From NCBI GenBank assembly GCA_039033795.1, contig JBCCBY010000001.1, forward strand, positions 1-38,551: DNA of 38,551 bases. Reading direction: 5' to 3'. Source of the DNA: Pseudomonadota bacterium (GTDB lineage: Bacteria > Pseudomonadota > Alphaproteobacteria > Caulobacterales > Parvularculaceae). Below, piece by piece: positions 20,346 to 29,889 of the stretch. The notes below the pieces were generated by a model that saw only the letters and a program-made list of their open reading frames with translations, was not told the DNA's origin and did no database searches. How positions within the stretch are numbered: the stretch's first letter is position 1; every line of letters starts with the position of its first letter. A program made the translations under genes and the position numbers.

Positions 20346-20439
20346 GTGACTTTGGTCCCTCAGACAAGCAACGCGATGGAAAGAATACCTGTCCAGAGTT
20401 TGTGGTGAGTGAACGTCACCAACTGGTAGCAGCCGTCCC

Positions 20440-21237
20440 ATGACAATTTTTGAACTCCTGATCCTCGCATTGATCCAGGGCATCACGGAATTCATTCCCG
20501 TTTCGTCGTCGGCGCACCTTATCTTACCATCTGCTTTGCTTGACGGCTTCAAGGACCAAGGGCCGATGATCGACGCAGCGGCCCATGCAGGAACGCTGAT
20601 CGCTGTGATGGTCTATTTTCGGCGCGATGTTGCCAGCATGTTGACCGGTCTCAAGGACTTTGCAGAACAAAGACCAGGACCTGCCCGTCAGCAATTCGAA
20701 GTCCTGGTGATCGCAACCGTTCCGTTCTTGATTGCCGGTGCGTCGGTGGCTTTTTTCGATCTCACGCCCATTCTGCGCAACCCCGTGATCATAGGACTGG
20801 CAAGCATCGTCTTTGGGCTCGTGCTTTATGTGGCCGATAAGCAGCCTGAGACGGTGCGGGGCGATGTCTCATCGCCGAAGCAGGCATTGATCATCGGTCT
20901 TGCCCAGTGCCTTGCGCTCATTCCAGGCACGTCGCGGTCGGGGATCACCATCACGGCGAGCCGTTACCTGGGCTACACCCGCAAGGATGCTGCACGTTTT
21001 TCGATGCTGCTGGCGATCCCCACCCTTTCGGCCATGGGGCTTTATGCCTTTCTGGATTTGGCGAGGGCTGACGAGCGGGGCAGCTTGCTGGCTGGCTTGG
21101 TCATCGCGCTTTTTTCGTGCGTCGCTGCGTTGATCACCATTTCAGTCTTTTTGAAGGCCACGGAACGGTTTTCTTTTGCCCCTTTTGTCATCTATCGCGT
21201 GGTGTTGGGGGTGGTTGTTCTCGCGCTTGTCATGTGA
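20440..21237 (+). CDS. uppP: undecaprenyl-diphosphate phosphatase
   Basis: QGITEFIPVSSSAHL, AQCLALIPGTSRSGIT, AARFSMLL, FVIYR. Confidence 0.97.
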   Translation: MTIFELLILALIQGITEFIPVSSSAHLILPSALLDGFKDQGPMIDAAAHAGTLIAVMVYFRRDVASMLTGLKDFAEQRPGPARQQFEVLVIATVPFLIAGASVAFFDLTPILRNPVIIGLASIVFGLVLYVADKQPETVRGDVSSPKQALIIGLAQCLALIPGTSRSGITITASRYLGYTRKDAARFSMLLAIPTLSAMGLYAFLDLARADERGSLLAGLVIALFSCVAALITISVFLKATERFSFAPFVIYRVVLGVVVLALVM

Positions 21238-21331
21238 CCAGCGTTGTCGACTGTCATCGTAGTGTTATCTTAGCACTGAAAGGGCACGTTATGTGCTCTA
21301 CTGGGTTTTGGTGGTGGGCCTCGAACGGGCC

Positions 21332-21347
21332 TTAAGGAATTGTTCAC
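21332..21347 (+). promoter_or_regulatory. candidate CtrA box upstream of DUF1150 gene
   Basis: TTAA-GGAATTG-TTCAC, one mismatch to TTAA-N7-TTAAC. Confidence 0.4.
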
Positions 21348-21432
21348 CGGCTGGGTAAACCATTGAAGCGGTTCTGTTCTTCAACAGAGCTTTAGCTTCG
21401 TTCGGATCCTTTTGGTCGGAGGGAGATCGATA

Positions 21433-21672
21433 ATGTCCATGGCTGATACGGAAATTCCCACGGGACGCGATTGTTATGTGCGGGAAGTGCTCGCTCGCGA
21501 TGTGCGCGACGACATCGAGCGCGAATTGGACGCCAAGTACGCGTTCGATGATGACAGCGTTCTTTACGCGCTTTGCGATGCTGATGGCGAAAGGATCGCG
21601 CTGATGAGCGATCGTGAGATCGCCTTTGCTGCCGCACGCCAACACGAAATGGTCCCGCACAGCGTTCACTAG
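21433..21672 (+). CDS. DUF1150 family protein
   Basis: YVR.V, LYALCDADGERIAL..DR..AFAAARQHEM.PHSVH signature; GGAGGGAG SD. Confidence 0.9.
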   Translation: MSMADTEIPTGRDCYVREVLARDVRDDIERELDAKYAFDDDSVLYALCDADGERIALMSDREIAFAAARQHEMVPHSVH

Positions 21673-21688
21673 ATAATGATTGTGCGGT

Positions 21689-22156
21689 TTAGGCGGCTTC
21701 CGCGTCGCTTTCTGAAACGAGCGCCGCGTAAGCTGCGTCAACATTCGTCGCCCCGCGCAACGAATCAAGCACGCCAGGTGTTTTGAGCGTCCGGGCCACG
21801 CGCGACAAAGCCTTTAAATGATTAGAGTTGTCCGCGTCAGGCGCGAGCAAAAGAAAGACCAAGTCCACGGGATCACCGTCGACGGAATCAAAGCCAATCT
21901 TGTCCCGCAAGCGCACAAAAAGCCCCGAGAGGCCGCCCACCTCAACCCGGGCATGCGGAATGGCAATACCGCCGCCAACACCCGTCGTCCCAAGGCTCTC
22001 CCGATCCATCAACTTGTCGTGGACCAGCGACGCGTCGAGACCGAAATCCCTGGCCGCCAAACCACCCAGGGTCTCAAGGATCGACCGCTTGCAACTCGCA
22101 GCCACATCCAAATGAATGTGCTGCGGCTTAATAATTCCGCGCAAGCTCTTCGCCAT
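21689..22156 (-). CDS. ptsN: PTS IIA-like nitrogen regulatory protein EIIA-Ntr
   Basis: RESLGTTGVGGGIAIPHAR, FDSVDGDPVDLVFLLLAP, HLKALSRVAR; ATG 22156. Confidence 0.95.
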   Translation of the reverse strand: MAKSLRGIIKPQHIHLDVAASCKRSILETLGGLAARDFGLDASLVHDKLMDRESLGTTGVGGGIAIPHARVEVGGLSGLFVRLRDKIGFDSVDGDPVDLVFLLLAPDADNSNHLKALSRVARTLKTPGVLDSLRGATNVDAAYAALVSESDAEAA

Positions 22157-22330
22157 GGCGACACATCTCACGCCGTCGATCGGCGCCCTTTCTGAATTCC
22201 CGTGGTGCTCCAGATGGTACACCACGAACCTCACGAAGACGTGTCTTGCGAAAGACGCGCCATTCGCGGTTCCCCAACCACGAGCCTGTCGCCCTAGGCC
22301 TGCTGTGATGAAAGGTCGAGGGTTCTAAGA

Positions 22331-22918
22331 TTACGCTTTGGACGCGGCTTCGATCCAACCAATGTTGCCGTCATCCCGCCGGTGCACCACGCTAAGCGAG
22401 CCATTGCCTGCGTTTCGGAACACCACGACCGGCGCTTCGGTGAGATCAAGCTGCATCACGGCGTCCGTGACGGTCATTTGTCGCACCGATGTCGCGGCCT
22501 CCGCGATCACCAAAGGCGCAGCATCAGGATCTTCGCCGGTGTCCTGTGGTTCTTCGGCCCCATCGGGCGCCTGAATGACATAACTGTTGGCGATTTCAGC
22601 CGGCAAAGGCGTGCGATCTTTTGAATGATGGTCTTTCAGCCGACGCTTATACCGCCGCACGCGCTTTTCGAGTTTCTCCATGGCGTCGTCAAAGGCGCCA
22701 TAGGCATCCTGTCCTTTGCCCGTGGCCGATAAAAAGACGCCTGAGGCCAAATGCACCGTCGCCTCCGTCGAGAGAAGAGAGCCGTCTTTACCGAAATTCA
22801 CGGTCGCTTCGGCGCCGCGCTCGAAATACTTGTGCACACGGGTGTTCATGTTGTCGTGGACGTGCGTCTGGAGTGCCTCCCCCAGATCGATACCTTTCCC
22901 GGTGACTTGCACATCCAT
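22331..22918 (-). CDS. hpf: ribosome hibernation promoting factor (long HPF/RaiA)
   Basis: VTGKGIDLGEAL, D.YGAFD.A.EKLEKRVRRYKRRLKDHH, C-terminal MTVTDAVMQL...DGNIGWI; GAGGAGG SD. Confidence 0.96.
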   Translation of the reverse strand: MDVQVTGKGIDLGEALQTHVHDNMNTRVHKYFERGAEATVNFGKDGSLLSTEATVHLASGVFLSATGKGQDAYGAFDDAMEKLEKRVRRYKRRLKDHHSKDRTPLPAEIANSYVIQAPDGAEEPQDTGEDPDAAPLVIAEAATSVRQMTVTDAVMQLDLTEAPVVVFRNAGNGSLSVVHRRDDGNIGWIEAASKA

Positions 22919-22986
22919 AGAACCTCCTCACTGCGAACCAGCGTTATTTATAGGACCAAGGTCCTAGCCCAGCTGAGCTTCCGCTT

Positions 22987-24417
22987 CTACAGGGCCCGAC
23001 GGGCTGCCCGCTTTCGCTCAACAGAGGATGGAATATCGAGGCTCTGCCGGTACTTAGCGATTGTCCGGCGCGCAATAGCTATATCCAGCTTTGCCAGCTC
23101 TTCCACCAGCTGATCATCGGACAAAGGCGCGGTGGGTTCTTCCTTGCCAATCATTTCTTTGATCAGATGACGGACACTTTCGGCCGAGTATTCTTGATCA
23201 CCATCCGATGACGGAATAGCGGCGGTGAAAAAATACTTCATCTCAAACACACCGCGCGGTGTGTGCATGTACTTGTTCGTGGTCACCCGGCTGACGGTGC
23301 TTTCATGCATGTCGATGGCTTCTGCCACCGTTTTAAGATTAAGCGGCCGAAGGTGGCGAATACCGTGGGCGAAAAAAGAGTCCTGATAGGACACGATGGC
23401 GCTTGAGACCTTTAAGATCGTCCGTGCCCGTTGGTCAAGAGAACGCACCAACCAATTGGCATCAGCAATCTGGTTTTGCAAAAATGACTTGCTGTCGTCG
23501 CTCTGCTTTTCGGCTGAAAGCTCCGTGTAATATGTTTCATTGGCGATCACGCGCGGCAGAGTCTCGCTGTTCAGTTCAACCTTCCATCCGCCGTCTGCAC
23601 TTTCTGCCACATAAACGTCAGGCACCACCACTTGAACAGGGTCAGATCCATAAACCAAGCCTGGCTTGGGGTTGAGGCGCTTGATCGCAGCGACAGCGTG
23701 ACGAAGTTCAGCATCGTCCATCCCCGTCAGCCGCTTCAGTTCAGGGATTTTATGATGACCAAGAAGAGCGAGATTGTTGAGAAACGCCTGCATTTGGGCG
23801 GAAAGCTCGCCTTGGTCTTCAAGCTGAATGCTCAAACACTCCGCAAGGGAACGAGCGCCGACACCTGCGGGTTCAAAACTCTGAACAATGCGAAGGACTG
23901 ATTCGACATCCGCTACGGGACACCCCAGACGTTCAGCCACCGTATCAAGCGGTGTGTGCAGATAACCACTGTCTTCGATAAGATCGACCAGATAACGGCC
24001 TATGCCGAGCTGCACTTGGTCACGTATACTGATGAGAAGCTGCTCGCCGAGCACCTCGCGAAGTGTTTTCGCCTCACTGACATTAGCAGCAGCGTCAAAG
24101 TCGCCGCCACCGCCAAGCTGGCTGGCGACCTCTTTGATGCGTTCTTTGGGAGCAGGAGGCCCGTCGTCACTGCCGTCGACGGGGCGCTCTGGTAACGCAT
24201 CCGCTGCCCCTTCAGAAGAGGAAGCCTCAGGCGTCGATGGGGCTTCGCCGTCGGCGTTTTCACCGCGCTCAAGGAACGGATTTTCGAGCAGTTTCTCCTC
24301 GACATAGGCTGCCAGTTCGAGATTGGACAGCTGCAGCAGCTTGATCGCCTGCTGCAATTGCGGCGTCATCGTCAGCTGCTGGCTTTGCCGTGCCTCTAGG
24401 CGGCCGGTCATGCTCAT
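22987..24417 (-). CDS. rpoN: RNA polymerase sigma-54 factor
   Basis: QLTMTPQLQQAIKLLQL, HESTVSR, RpoN box ARRTIAKYR; start trimmed to ATG 24417. Confidence 0.98.
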   Translation of the reverse strand: MSMTGRLEARQSQQLTMTPQLQQAIKLLQLSNLELAAYVEEKLLENPFLERGENADGEAPSTPEASSSEGAADALPERPVDGSDDGPPAPKERIKEVASQLGGGGDFDAAANVSEAKTLREVLGEQLLISIRDQVQLGIGRYLVDLIEDSGYLHTPLDTVAERLGCPVADVESVLRIVQSFEPAGVGARSLAECLSIQLEDQGELSAQMQAFLNNLALLGHHKIPELKRLTGMDDAELRHAVAAIKRLNPKPGLVYGSDPVQVVVPDVYVAESADGGWKVELNSETLPRVIANETYYTELSAEKQSDDSKSFLQNQIADANWLVRSLDQRARTILKVSSAIVSYQDSFFAHGIRHLRPLNLKTVAEAIDMHESTVSRVTTNKYMHTPRGVFEMKYFFTAAIPSSDGDQEYSAESVRHLIKEMIGKEEPTAPLSDDQLVEELAKLDIAIARRTIAKYRQSLDIPSSVERKRAARRAL

Positions 24418-24483
24418 GCGCTTGGTCCCATCCTGTTGTCGCGGGCGGCCTTGATCGGCACCCCCATCCCGCGTCATCAGACG

Positions 24484-25260
24484 TTAAGGGCCATACGTTT
24501 CGCCTAAGTATACACGACGGACATCTTCGTTAGTGACCACACCTTCTGCGCTACCCTCGAAGAGAACCTCGCCTTGATGGATCACGCTGGCTCGGTCGAT
24601 AATATCAAGCGTATCCCGCACGTTATGGTCGGTAATCAGCACGCCGAGGCCGCGCTCTCGAAGCTGGGAAACAAGCTCTTTGATATCGGCGATGGCGAGC
24701 GGGTCGATCCCGGCAAAGGGCTCATCGAGCAGCATGAAATCTGGGCTGGTGGCGAGCGCCCGTGCAATTTCTAAACGGCGACGCTCGCCGCCTGATAAAG
24801 CCGTGGCCATCGACGAACGGACATGCGTGATGGAGAACTCTTCGAGGAGCTCCTCCACCACCTCCCGCCGCTTGGCCCGCTCTGGCCAGGCTAGCTCAGC
24901 GACGGCCTCAATATTTTGCTCAACGGTCAGGCCGCGAAAGATCGATGCCTCTTGCGGAAGATAGCCAAGACCGAGGCGTGCCCGTTGGTACATCGGCAAT
25001 GCTGTGACGTCGTATCCATCGATGGTGATCGAGCCGCCATCGGCCTGGACAAGGCCCATCACCATGTAAAAACAGGTGGTCTTGCCCGCGCCATTGGGTC
25101 CCAAAAGACCGACAACCTCGCCGCGGTTTACTTGGAAATTCACGTGATTGACGACGCGCCGTCGACGATAGGATTTTTGCAGGTTCTGCGCGACAAGCCC
25201 GAGATTTTGGTTCGGAACCTTGGTTGCCTTATCGGCATTGGCGGCGACGCTTCCTTCCAT
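24484..25260 (-). CDS. lptB: LPS export ABC transporter ATP-binding protein
   Basis: GPNGAGKTT, YLPQEASIF, LSGGERRR, LLDEPFAGIDP, TDHNVR, YLGE. Confidence 0.97.
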   Translation of the reverse strand: MEGSVAANADKATKVPNQNLGLVAQNLQKSYRRRRVVNHVNFQVNRGEVVGLLGPNGAGKTTCFYMVMGLVQADGGSITIDGYDVTALPMYQRARLGLGYLPQEASIFRGLTVEQNIEAVAELAWPERAKRREVVEELLEEFSITHVRSSMATALSGGERRRLEIARALATSPDFMLLDEPFAGIDPLAIADIKELVSQLRERGLGVLITDHNVRDTLDIIDRASVIHQGEVLFEGSAEGVVTNEDVRRVYLGETYGP

Positions 25261-25745
25261 CAGCTCGCGTCCTGCCCCGCAAAAAGACCGCGCACCCGGC
25301 CCCCAGGCTCGGTGGACATCACCATCGCCCCCGTGAGCGTGTTGTAGGTGAGCTTATCGGCGGTGGCGACTTGCGGGCCTTGCAGCACCACGACGCTGCC
25401 CGTGACCGTCAGCGTGTTGCTGGTCGAAACAAAGAGCGCGTGATCACCGGCAAGGGCGTCGCCCTGGATATTCGCGTAACGCACACTGCCCGTGGCCTCG
25501 ATGCTCGCGATTTCGCCGGTTTCTTCATCGAGCGACACGATCATCTTGTCAGCGGTGAGCACAACACCAGGCTGTGACACGCGGACTGAGCCATCACCTA
25601 TCCAGGTGAGGCCAGCATCGGTGCGTTCCACCCGGTCAGCATCGATTTCGGAAGGTTTTTCTGGGTCGAACCCTACCCCGTCCTGGGCCGCAGCATGGCC
25701 GCACAAAAAGGCCAGGGCCAAGAAAAGACGGACGATACCGGCCAC
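25260..25745 (-). CDS. lptA: LptA/OstA-like LPS transport periplasmic protein
   Basis: Signal peptide, EIDAD, beta-jellyroll pattern (L.ADK, IEATGSV, TGSVVVLQG), GRVRGLF; position between lptC and lptB. Confidence 0.85.
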   Translation of the reverse strand: MAGIVRLFLALAFLCGHAAAQDGVGFDPEKPSEIDADRVERTDAGLTWIGDGSVRVSQPGVVLTADKMIVSLDEETGEIASIEATGSVRYANIQGDALAGDHALFVSTSNTLTVTGSVVVLQGPQVATADKLTYNTLTGAMVMSTEPGGRVRGLFAGQDAS

Positions 25746-25751
25746 CTGCCT

Positions 25752-26423
25752 TTACTCCTCTATCCCCACCGATGGCTTCGGCTGGAGGCGGATTTTGACG
25801 CCTCCTTCGAGCACCAAGCGATCCTCGGTTTGATACATGATGGCCTTGTCGGCCCGAACTGTGCCCGTCTCGCCCTCTCCGTTCACCTCAGCGGCGGAGG
25901 TGACGATTTGGCGATCAAGATCGACCTCCGCTGCATCCGTGACCAAGATAAAGGTCTCTCCATCTTCACTCTGCTGCTCGAGTTCGACATCGCGGGTGAG
26001 ATCCATGCGGCGCGCGGCGCGATCATAGACGCCATCCTGGGCACGCACGAGGACGGTGTCGCCCGCTTGGCTCAACCGCCGAGCCTCAGGTTGATCGAGG
26101 CCAATGAGATCGGGATCCGACGCTGCCCGGGTTGCGGACGTGGCCGCCACTTGGAACGGTTGGCCGTTGAGGTCCTCACCATAATAGCGCGGCCGGGCCA
26201 GGTTCGCTTCCCCATCAGTGACGTTAAACGTCGAGAATTGCAAAAGAAATGCTCGGTCCACGCGCGGCGGCGTCGCGCTTAAGGCATAGGTCATCAAAAG
26301 ACCGGCAGCGAGGGCCGGGACCGCCAAACGGAGACTGCGAACGCGACCACTGTGCCGTGAGACCCTCTGCGCCGAGGTCAAAGCAGCTCCCTCAGATGAC
26401 GGATCGACCATGGGCTCGCGCAC
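25752..26423 (-). CDS. lptC: LPS export protein LptC
   Basis: RHS.RVR.LR..VP, single TM, PRYYG...PFQV.A, L.GGVKIR; AGGAG SD before GTG; synteny. Confidence 0.85.
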   Translation of the reverse strand: MREPMVDPSSEGAALTSAQRVSRHSGRVRSLRLAVPALAAGLLMTYALSATPPRVDRAFLLQFSTFNVTDGEANLARPRYYGEDLNGQPFQVAATSATRAASDPDLIGLDQPEARRLSQAGDTVLVRAQDGVYDRAARRMDLTRDVELEQQSEDGETFILVTDAAEVDLDRQIVTSAAEVNGEGETGTVRADKAIMYQTEDRLVLEGGVKIRLQPKPSVGIEE

Positions 26424-26526
26424 AAAGGCTCCTGTTGTTGGTGTTATAATGCCCTAGTTTGTCACAGTGGCACGTGTAACAGTTCGATAAAAGACGTGAT
26501 CTATGGCCAGCGCGTTAAATTCTACG

Positions 26527-27153
26527 TCAGCTATGGGCGAAAATGTCCGTGCCCTGCCAGCCCATCAGATCGAGCGTCGTGCGGTGAGGCAAAAAATCAA
26601 AGCACTTCATGGCGATATCTTCGCGACCTTCGCGATTTAACCGCTCATCAAGCCACGCTTTCGCATCATGCAAATGAAGGACATCGGACGCCGCGTAGCT
26701 CTTCTGCGCATCGGAAAGTGTTTCAGCTCCCCAATCTGACGACTGTTGCTGTTTGGACAGATCAACACCAAGCGATTCCTTCAAGAGATCTTTGAGGCCA
26801 TGCCGGTCGGTGTAGGTCCGCGTCAGTTTTGAGGCGATTTTGGTGCAATAGAGGGGCGTCGTTTCCGCCCCCAGCCACTTTTGAAACATCGCCACATCAA
26901 ACCGGGCAAAGTGGAAAATCTTGGTGATTGCGGGGTCGCGCAAAAGGGCGCTCAGCCGAGGAGCGTTAAAGGTCGTCCGATCGATCTGCACCAAATGCGC
27001 ATCGCCATGGCCAAGGCTCAATTGCACCACGCACAACGCATCGCGATGGGGGTTAAGCCCGAGGGTCTCGCTATCGACGGCCACACAAGCGTCCCGTGCG
27101 TCGCTCCAGTCAAACGCGTCCGGCAAGTCACCCTTATAAAGCTTGATCGACAT
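26527..27153 (-). CDS. rnd: ribonuclease D (short DEDDy 3'-5' exonuclease)
   Basis: AVDSET, FHFARFD, CTKIAS..RTYTDRHGL, SSDW, YAASDV; GGAGG SD before ATG 27153. Confidence 0.95.
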   Translation of the reverse strand: MSIKLYKGDLPDAFDWSDARDACVAVDSETLGLNPHRDALCVVQLSLGHGDAHLVQIDRTTFNAPRLSALLRDPAITKIFHFARFDVAMFQKWLGAETTPLYCTKIASKLTRTYTDRHGLKDLLKESLGVDLSKQQQSSDWGAETLSDAQKSYAASDVLHLHDAKAWLDERLNREGREDIAMKCFDFLPHRTTLDLMGWQGTDIFAHS

Positions 27154-27182
27154 CAGCCCTCCAAAACAGAGCCGAAGCCCAT

Positions 27183-28520
27183 TCACGCATCGCTGCTTGG
27201 GGTCAAGTGCGGCTCAATCATCGAGCGCATATCGACCCGCGCGCCGAGCCGCGTTGCCAGCATATAGGTGCCGCCGAATTTGCGGTGGAGGAACACCATG
27301 ACAGGGCTTGGCACATGCGCGAAGTCATCGTCCCGCAGCTCCATGCCAAGCTCACGCATGCGGACGGCGAGATCAGAACCCGTGAAGTCATAGGGCCCCT
27401 CATGGACGATGGGCTCCATCGAAAGAGTGAAAAGCTCCGCAAGCGTCTTTTGATGCTTTTCGCCAGCATTGCCGCTCACGAGGCCCATATCCATCGCCGC
27501 GGCCTGCACCTCGTCCCAATTGTCATCAAACCCCGCCTTGAGCAGCCGACGATAGCCGCGGGTAATCTGCTCAGGCACTTCGCGGGTCGCACCGAAGTCA
27601 AGCAGGACAATCCGTCCACTGTCTGATTGATAGAGATAATTGCCGAAATTGGGGTCGGTCTGGATCAACCCGAACTCAAAAATCTCTCGCACCACAAGCA
27701 TCATCAGAAGGGTGACAACGCGATCCCTCTCGTCCTGCGAGGCGGTTTCGAGGCTCTCAATGGGTTGCCCACGGACAAGCGACATGGCCAGCGTGTCCTT
27801 GGTGGAGAATTTATCATAGACCTTGGGAAGGACAAAGCCTTCAGCACCGTCGAGCAATTCCCCGAACCGCTTGAGGTAGCGGGCCTCGCGCTCATAGTCG
27901 GCCTCTTGGTGAAGCTGGACTTTGGCTTCCTCCAAAAGCGGTTTGACATCCATGCCTTTCGGCACCAGTCCCGACACACCGAGAACGGACATCACATTGT
28001 CGATATCGCTATCGATGCTTTCGCGCACGCCTGGATATTGAATTTTGATGGCCAGCTCCTGCCCATCTTTCGTCTGGGCACGGTGCACCTGGCCGATCGA
28101 AGCCGCCGCCATGGGTCTCACGTCAAAACGACCAAAACGCCGAAGCCATCCTTGGCCCCAAGCACCGTCAAGAACTTGCCTCAGCTGTTTGGCGGGCATC
28201 ATGTCACCGGCGCTGCGCAGGCGCGCGAAGACGTCAGAAAACTCCTTCGGCACAGCATTGTCATCCACCATGGAGATGAGCTGGCCAATCTTCATCGCCG
28301 CTCCCCGAAGGCGGGAGAGTTGATCAGCGACCTTGGCTGCGTTCTTCGGTGTGAGGAGGAGATCCTCCATGGAAGGGCGTTCGCCTTTCACCACGCGCCG
28401 CGCCCCATCGACCAGCACATTGCCAGCGATCGACGTCGTCATACCGCCAAAGCGAGCCATTCGCCCAAACCGTCCGCTTGGAACCGTGGTGCCTCGAAAT
28501 TCGCCGTCGTCCTCAGCCAT
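27183..28520 (-). CDS. AarF/ABC1/UbiB (COQ8-like) atypical kinase
   Basis: RGAAMKIGQ, AAASIGQVH, AIKIQYPG, E.DY..EA, QTDPNFGNY, LLDFGA; start trimmed to ATG 28520. Confidence 0.93.
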   Translation of the reverse strand: MAEDDGEFRGTTVPSGRFGRMARFGGMTTSIAGNVLVDGARRVVKGERPSMEDLLLTPKNAAKVADQLSRLRGAAMKIGQLISMVDDNAVPKEFSDVFARLRSAGDMMPAKQLRQVLDGAWGQGWLRRFGRFDVRPMAAASIGQVHRAQTKDGQELAIKIQYPGVRESIDSDIDNVMSVLGVSGLVPKGMDVKPLLEEAKVQLHQEADYEREARYLKRFGELLDGAEGFVLPKVYDKFSTKDTLAMSLVRGQPIESLETASQDERDRVVTLLMMLVVREIFEFGLIQTDPNFGNYLYQSDSGRIVLLDFGATREVPEQITRGYRRLLKAGFDDNWDEVQAAAMDMGLVSGNAGEKHQKTLAELFTLSMEPIVHEGPYDFTGSDLAVRMRELGMELRDDDFAHVPSPVMVFLHRKFGGTYMLATRLGARVDMRSMIEPHLTPSSDA

Positions 28521-29145
28521 CGCTCGTCCGCCGATTGCCCGCTTTATAGATAGGCGCCGCGAGGCCATCGCCCAATGCGGCAGAACGGCTTTTGGTCAAA
28601 GGCTTGGGCTGCCGTCGCAACCCGCAGCGCCCATAGGAGGCCCGCCACCGCCTTGACGCGATGAGGTGCTTGGCCCGCGAACGCGGCGACAGCCAAGACA
28701 CCGGCAAAATTAATCACCACACCGACGGCACCAACACCCTTGGGAGACCTCTCAAGAGCCAGGTCTCTTTGAAATTGGCGACACTGTCGAAACACCCAAT
28801 AGCGAATTCTCCAGTGAAGGAGATCGAATGGTCGCCCCATGACGACACCCTTTATGCCTCAATGCGCAATCCGAAATACTGCGTGTACACAGACGATCAA
28901 CATATGGCTGTGCGCGACTGGTCGGAGCACCCCACCCCAAAGCCGACAGCAAACCACGCCGCCTGCAGAAGGCACCGCTCTGATGGGTAGCGATAATTGT
29001 GTATACCGAATATTTGACCACAGATTTCACACCCAGCGGCCAAAGCCCTCGGATCGGCCGCTGCCCGATGCATTGGCGTTCCCCATGGCCTCGTTCTAAC
29101 ACGTCCTTCAGTTGCAGCATCGACACGCAGGAGACTGAGCGGACC

Positions 29146-29889
29146 ATGAAAAAGAACATAGAAAACAAGGTCATCGTGATCACAGGGGGGAGCAGCGGGC
29201 TTGGTGAAGCCATGGCTCGCCATCTGGCCCAGCTGGGCGCAAAGATCGTCTTAGGCGCCCGCCGGGAAGACAACCTCAAAAAAATTGTTGCCGATATTCG
29301 CACCGACGGCGGCGACGCTGAGTGTCTTGTGTGTGATGTCACGGTGCGCGAAGACGTCAGCGCCCTCGTGCAAAAAGCGATCACCAGTTTTGGGCGTCTC
29401 GACGTCATGGTGAACAATGCGGGTCTCATGGCGATCGCGCCTATGAGCGCGCTTCGCGTTGATGAGTGGGACAGCATGATCGACATCAATGTGAAGGGTG
29501 TTTTGTATGGTGTGGCAGCGTCCCTGCCTCTTTTCCGTGAACAGAAGAGTGGGCATATCATCAACATTGCATCGACCGCGGGCCTCAAGGTTTTCAGGGG
29601 CGGCGCCGTTTATTGTGGGACGAAGTTTGCCGTGCGCGCCATTGGTGAAGGTGTGCGCATGGAAGCTGGAAAGGACATTCGTGTAACGACGATCGAACCT
29701 GGCATGGTCGACACCGAACTGGTCCAAGGCACCAAGCATCCCAAAAGCGCCGCTGCCATGGGCGACATGTACGGCTCCGTCGCGATTGGTTCGGATTCAA
29801 TTGCCAGGGCCGTTGCCTACGCCATTGAGCAACCGGGCGACGTCGACGTGAACGAAATGGTCATTCGGCCCACAGCGCAGGAGCTCTAG
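29146..29889 (+). CDS. SDR family oxidoreductase (YdfG-like)
   Basis: TGGSSGLG, NNAG, INIAS, YCGTK, IEPGMVDTE, IRPTAQ; ATG 29146. Confidence 0.95.
   Translation: MKKNIENKVIVITGGSSGLGEAMARHLAQLGAKIVLGARREDNLKKIVADIRTDGGDAECLVCDVTVREDVSALVQKAITSFGRLDVMVNNAGLMAIAPMSALRVDEWDSMIDINVKGVLYGVAASLPLFREQKSGHIINIASTAGLKVFRGGAVYCGTKFAVRAIGEGVRMEAGKDIRVTTIEPGMVDTELVQGTKHPKSAAAMGDMYGSVAIGSDSIARAVAYAIEQPGDVDVNEMVIRPTAQEL

Noticed and set aside
26460-26482. TGGCAC and TGTCACAG/TGTAACAG upstream of lptC as a sigma-54 promoter or Pho box
   Set aside because: No GC at -12, wrong strand for lptC, and 15-bp spacing does not fit a Pho box.
27627-28553. 308-aa plus-strand ORF
   Set aside because: Antisense shadow of the ABC1 kinase, with no motifs or start context.
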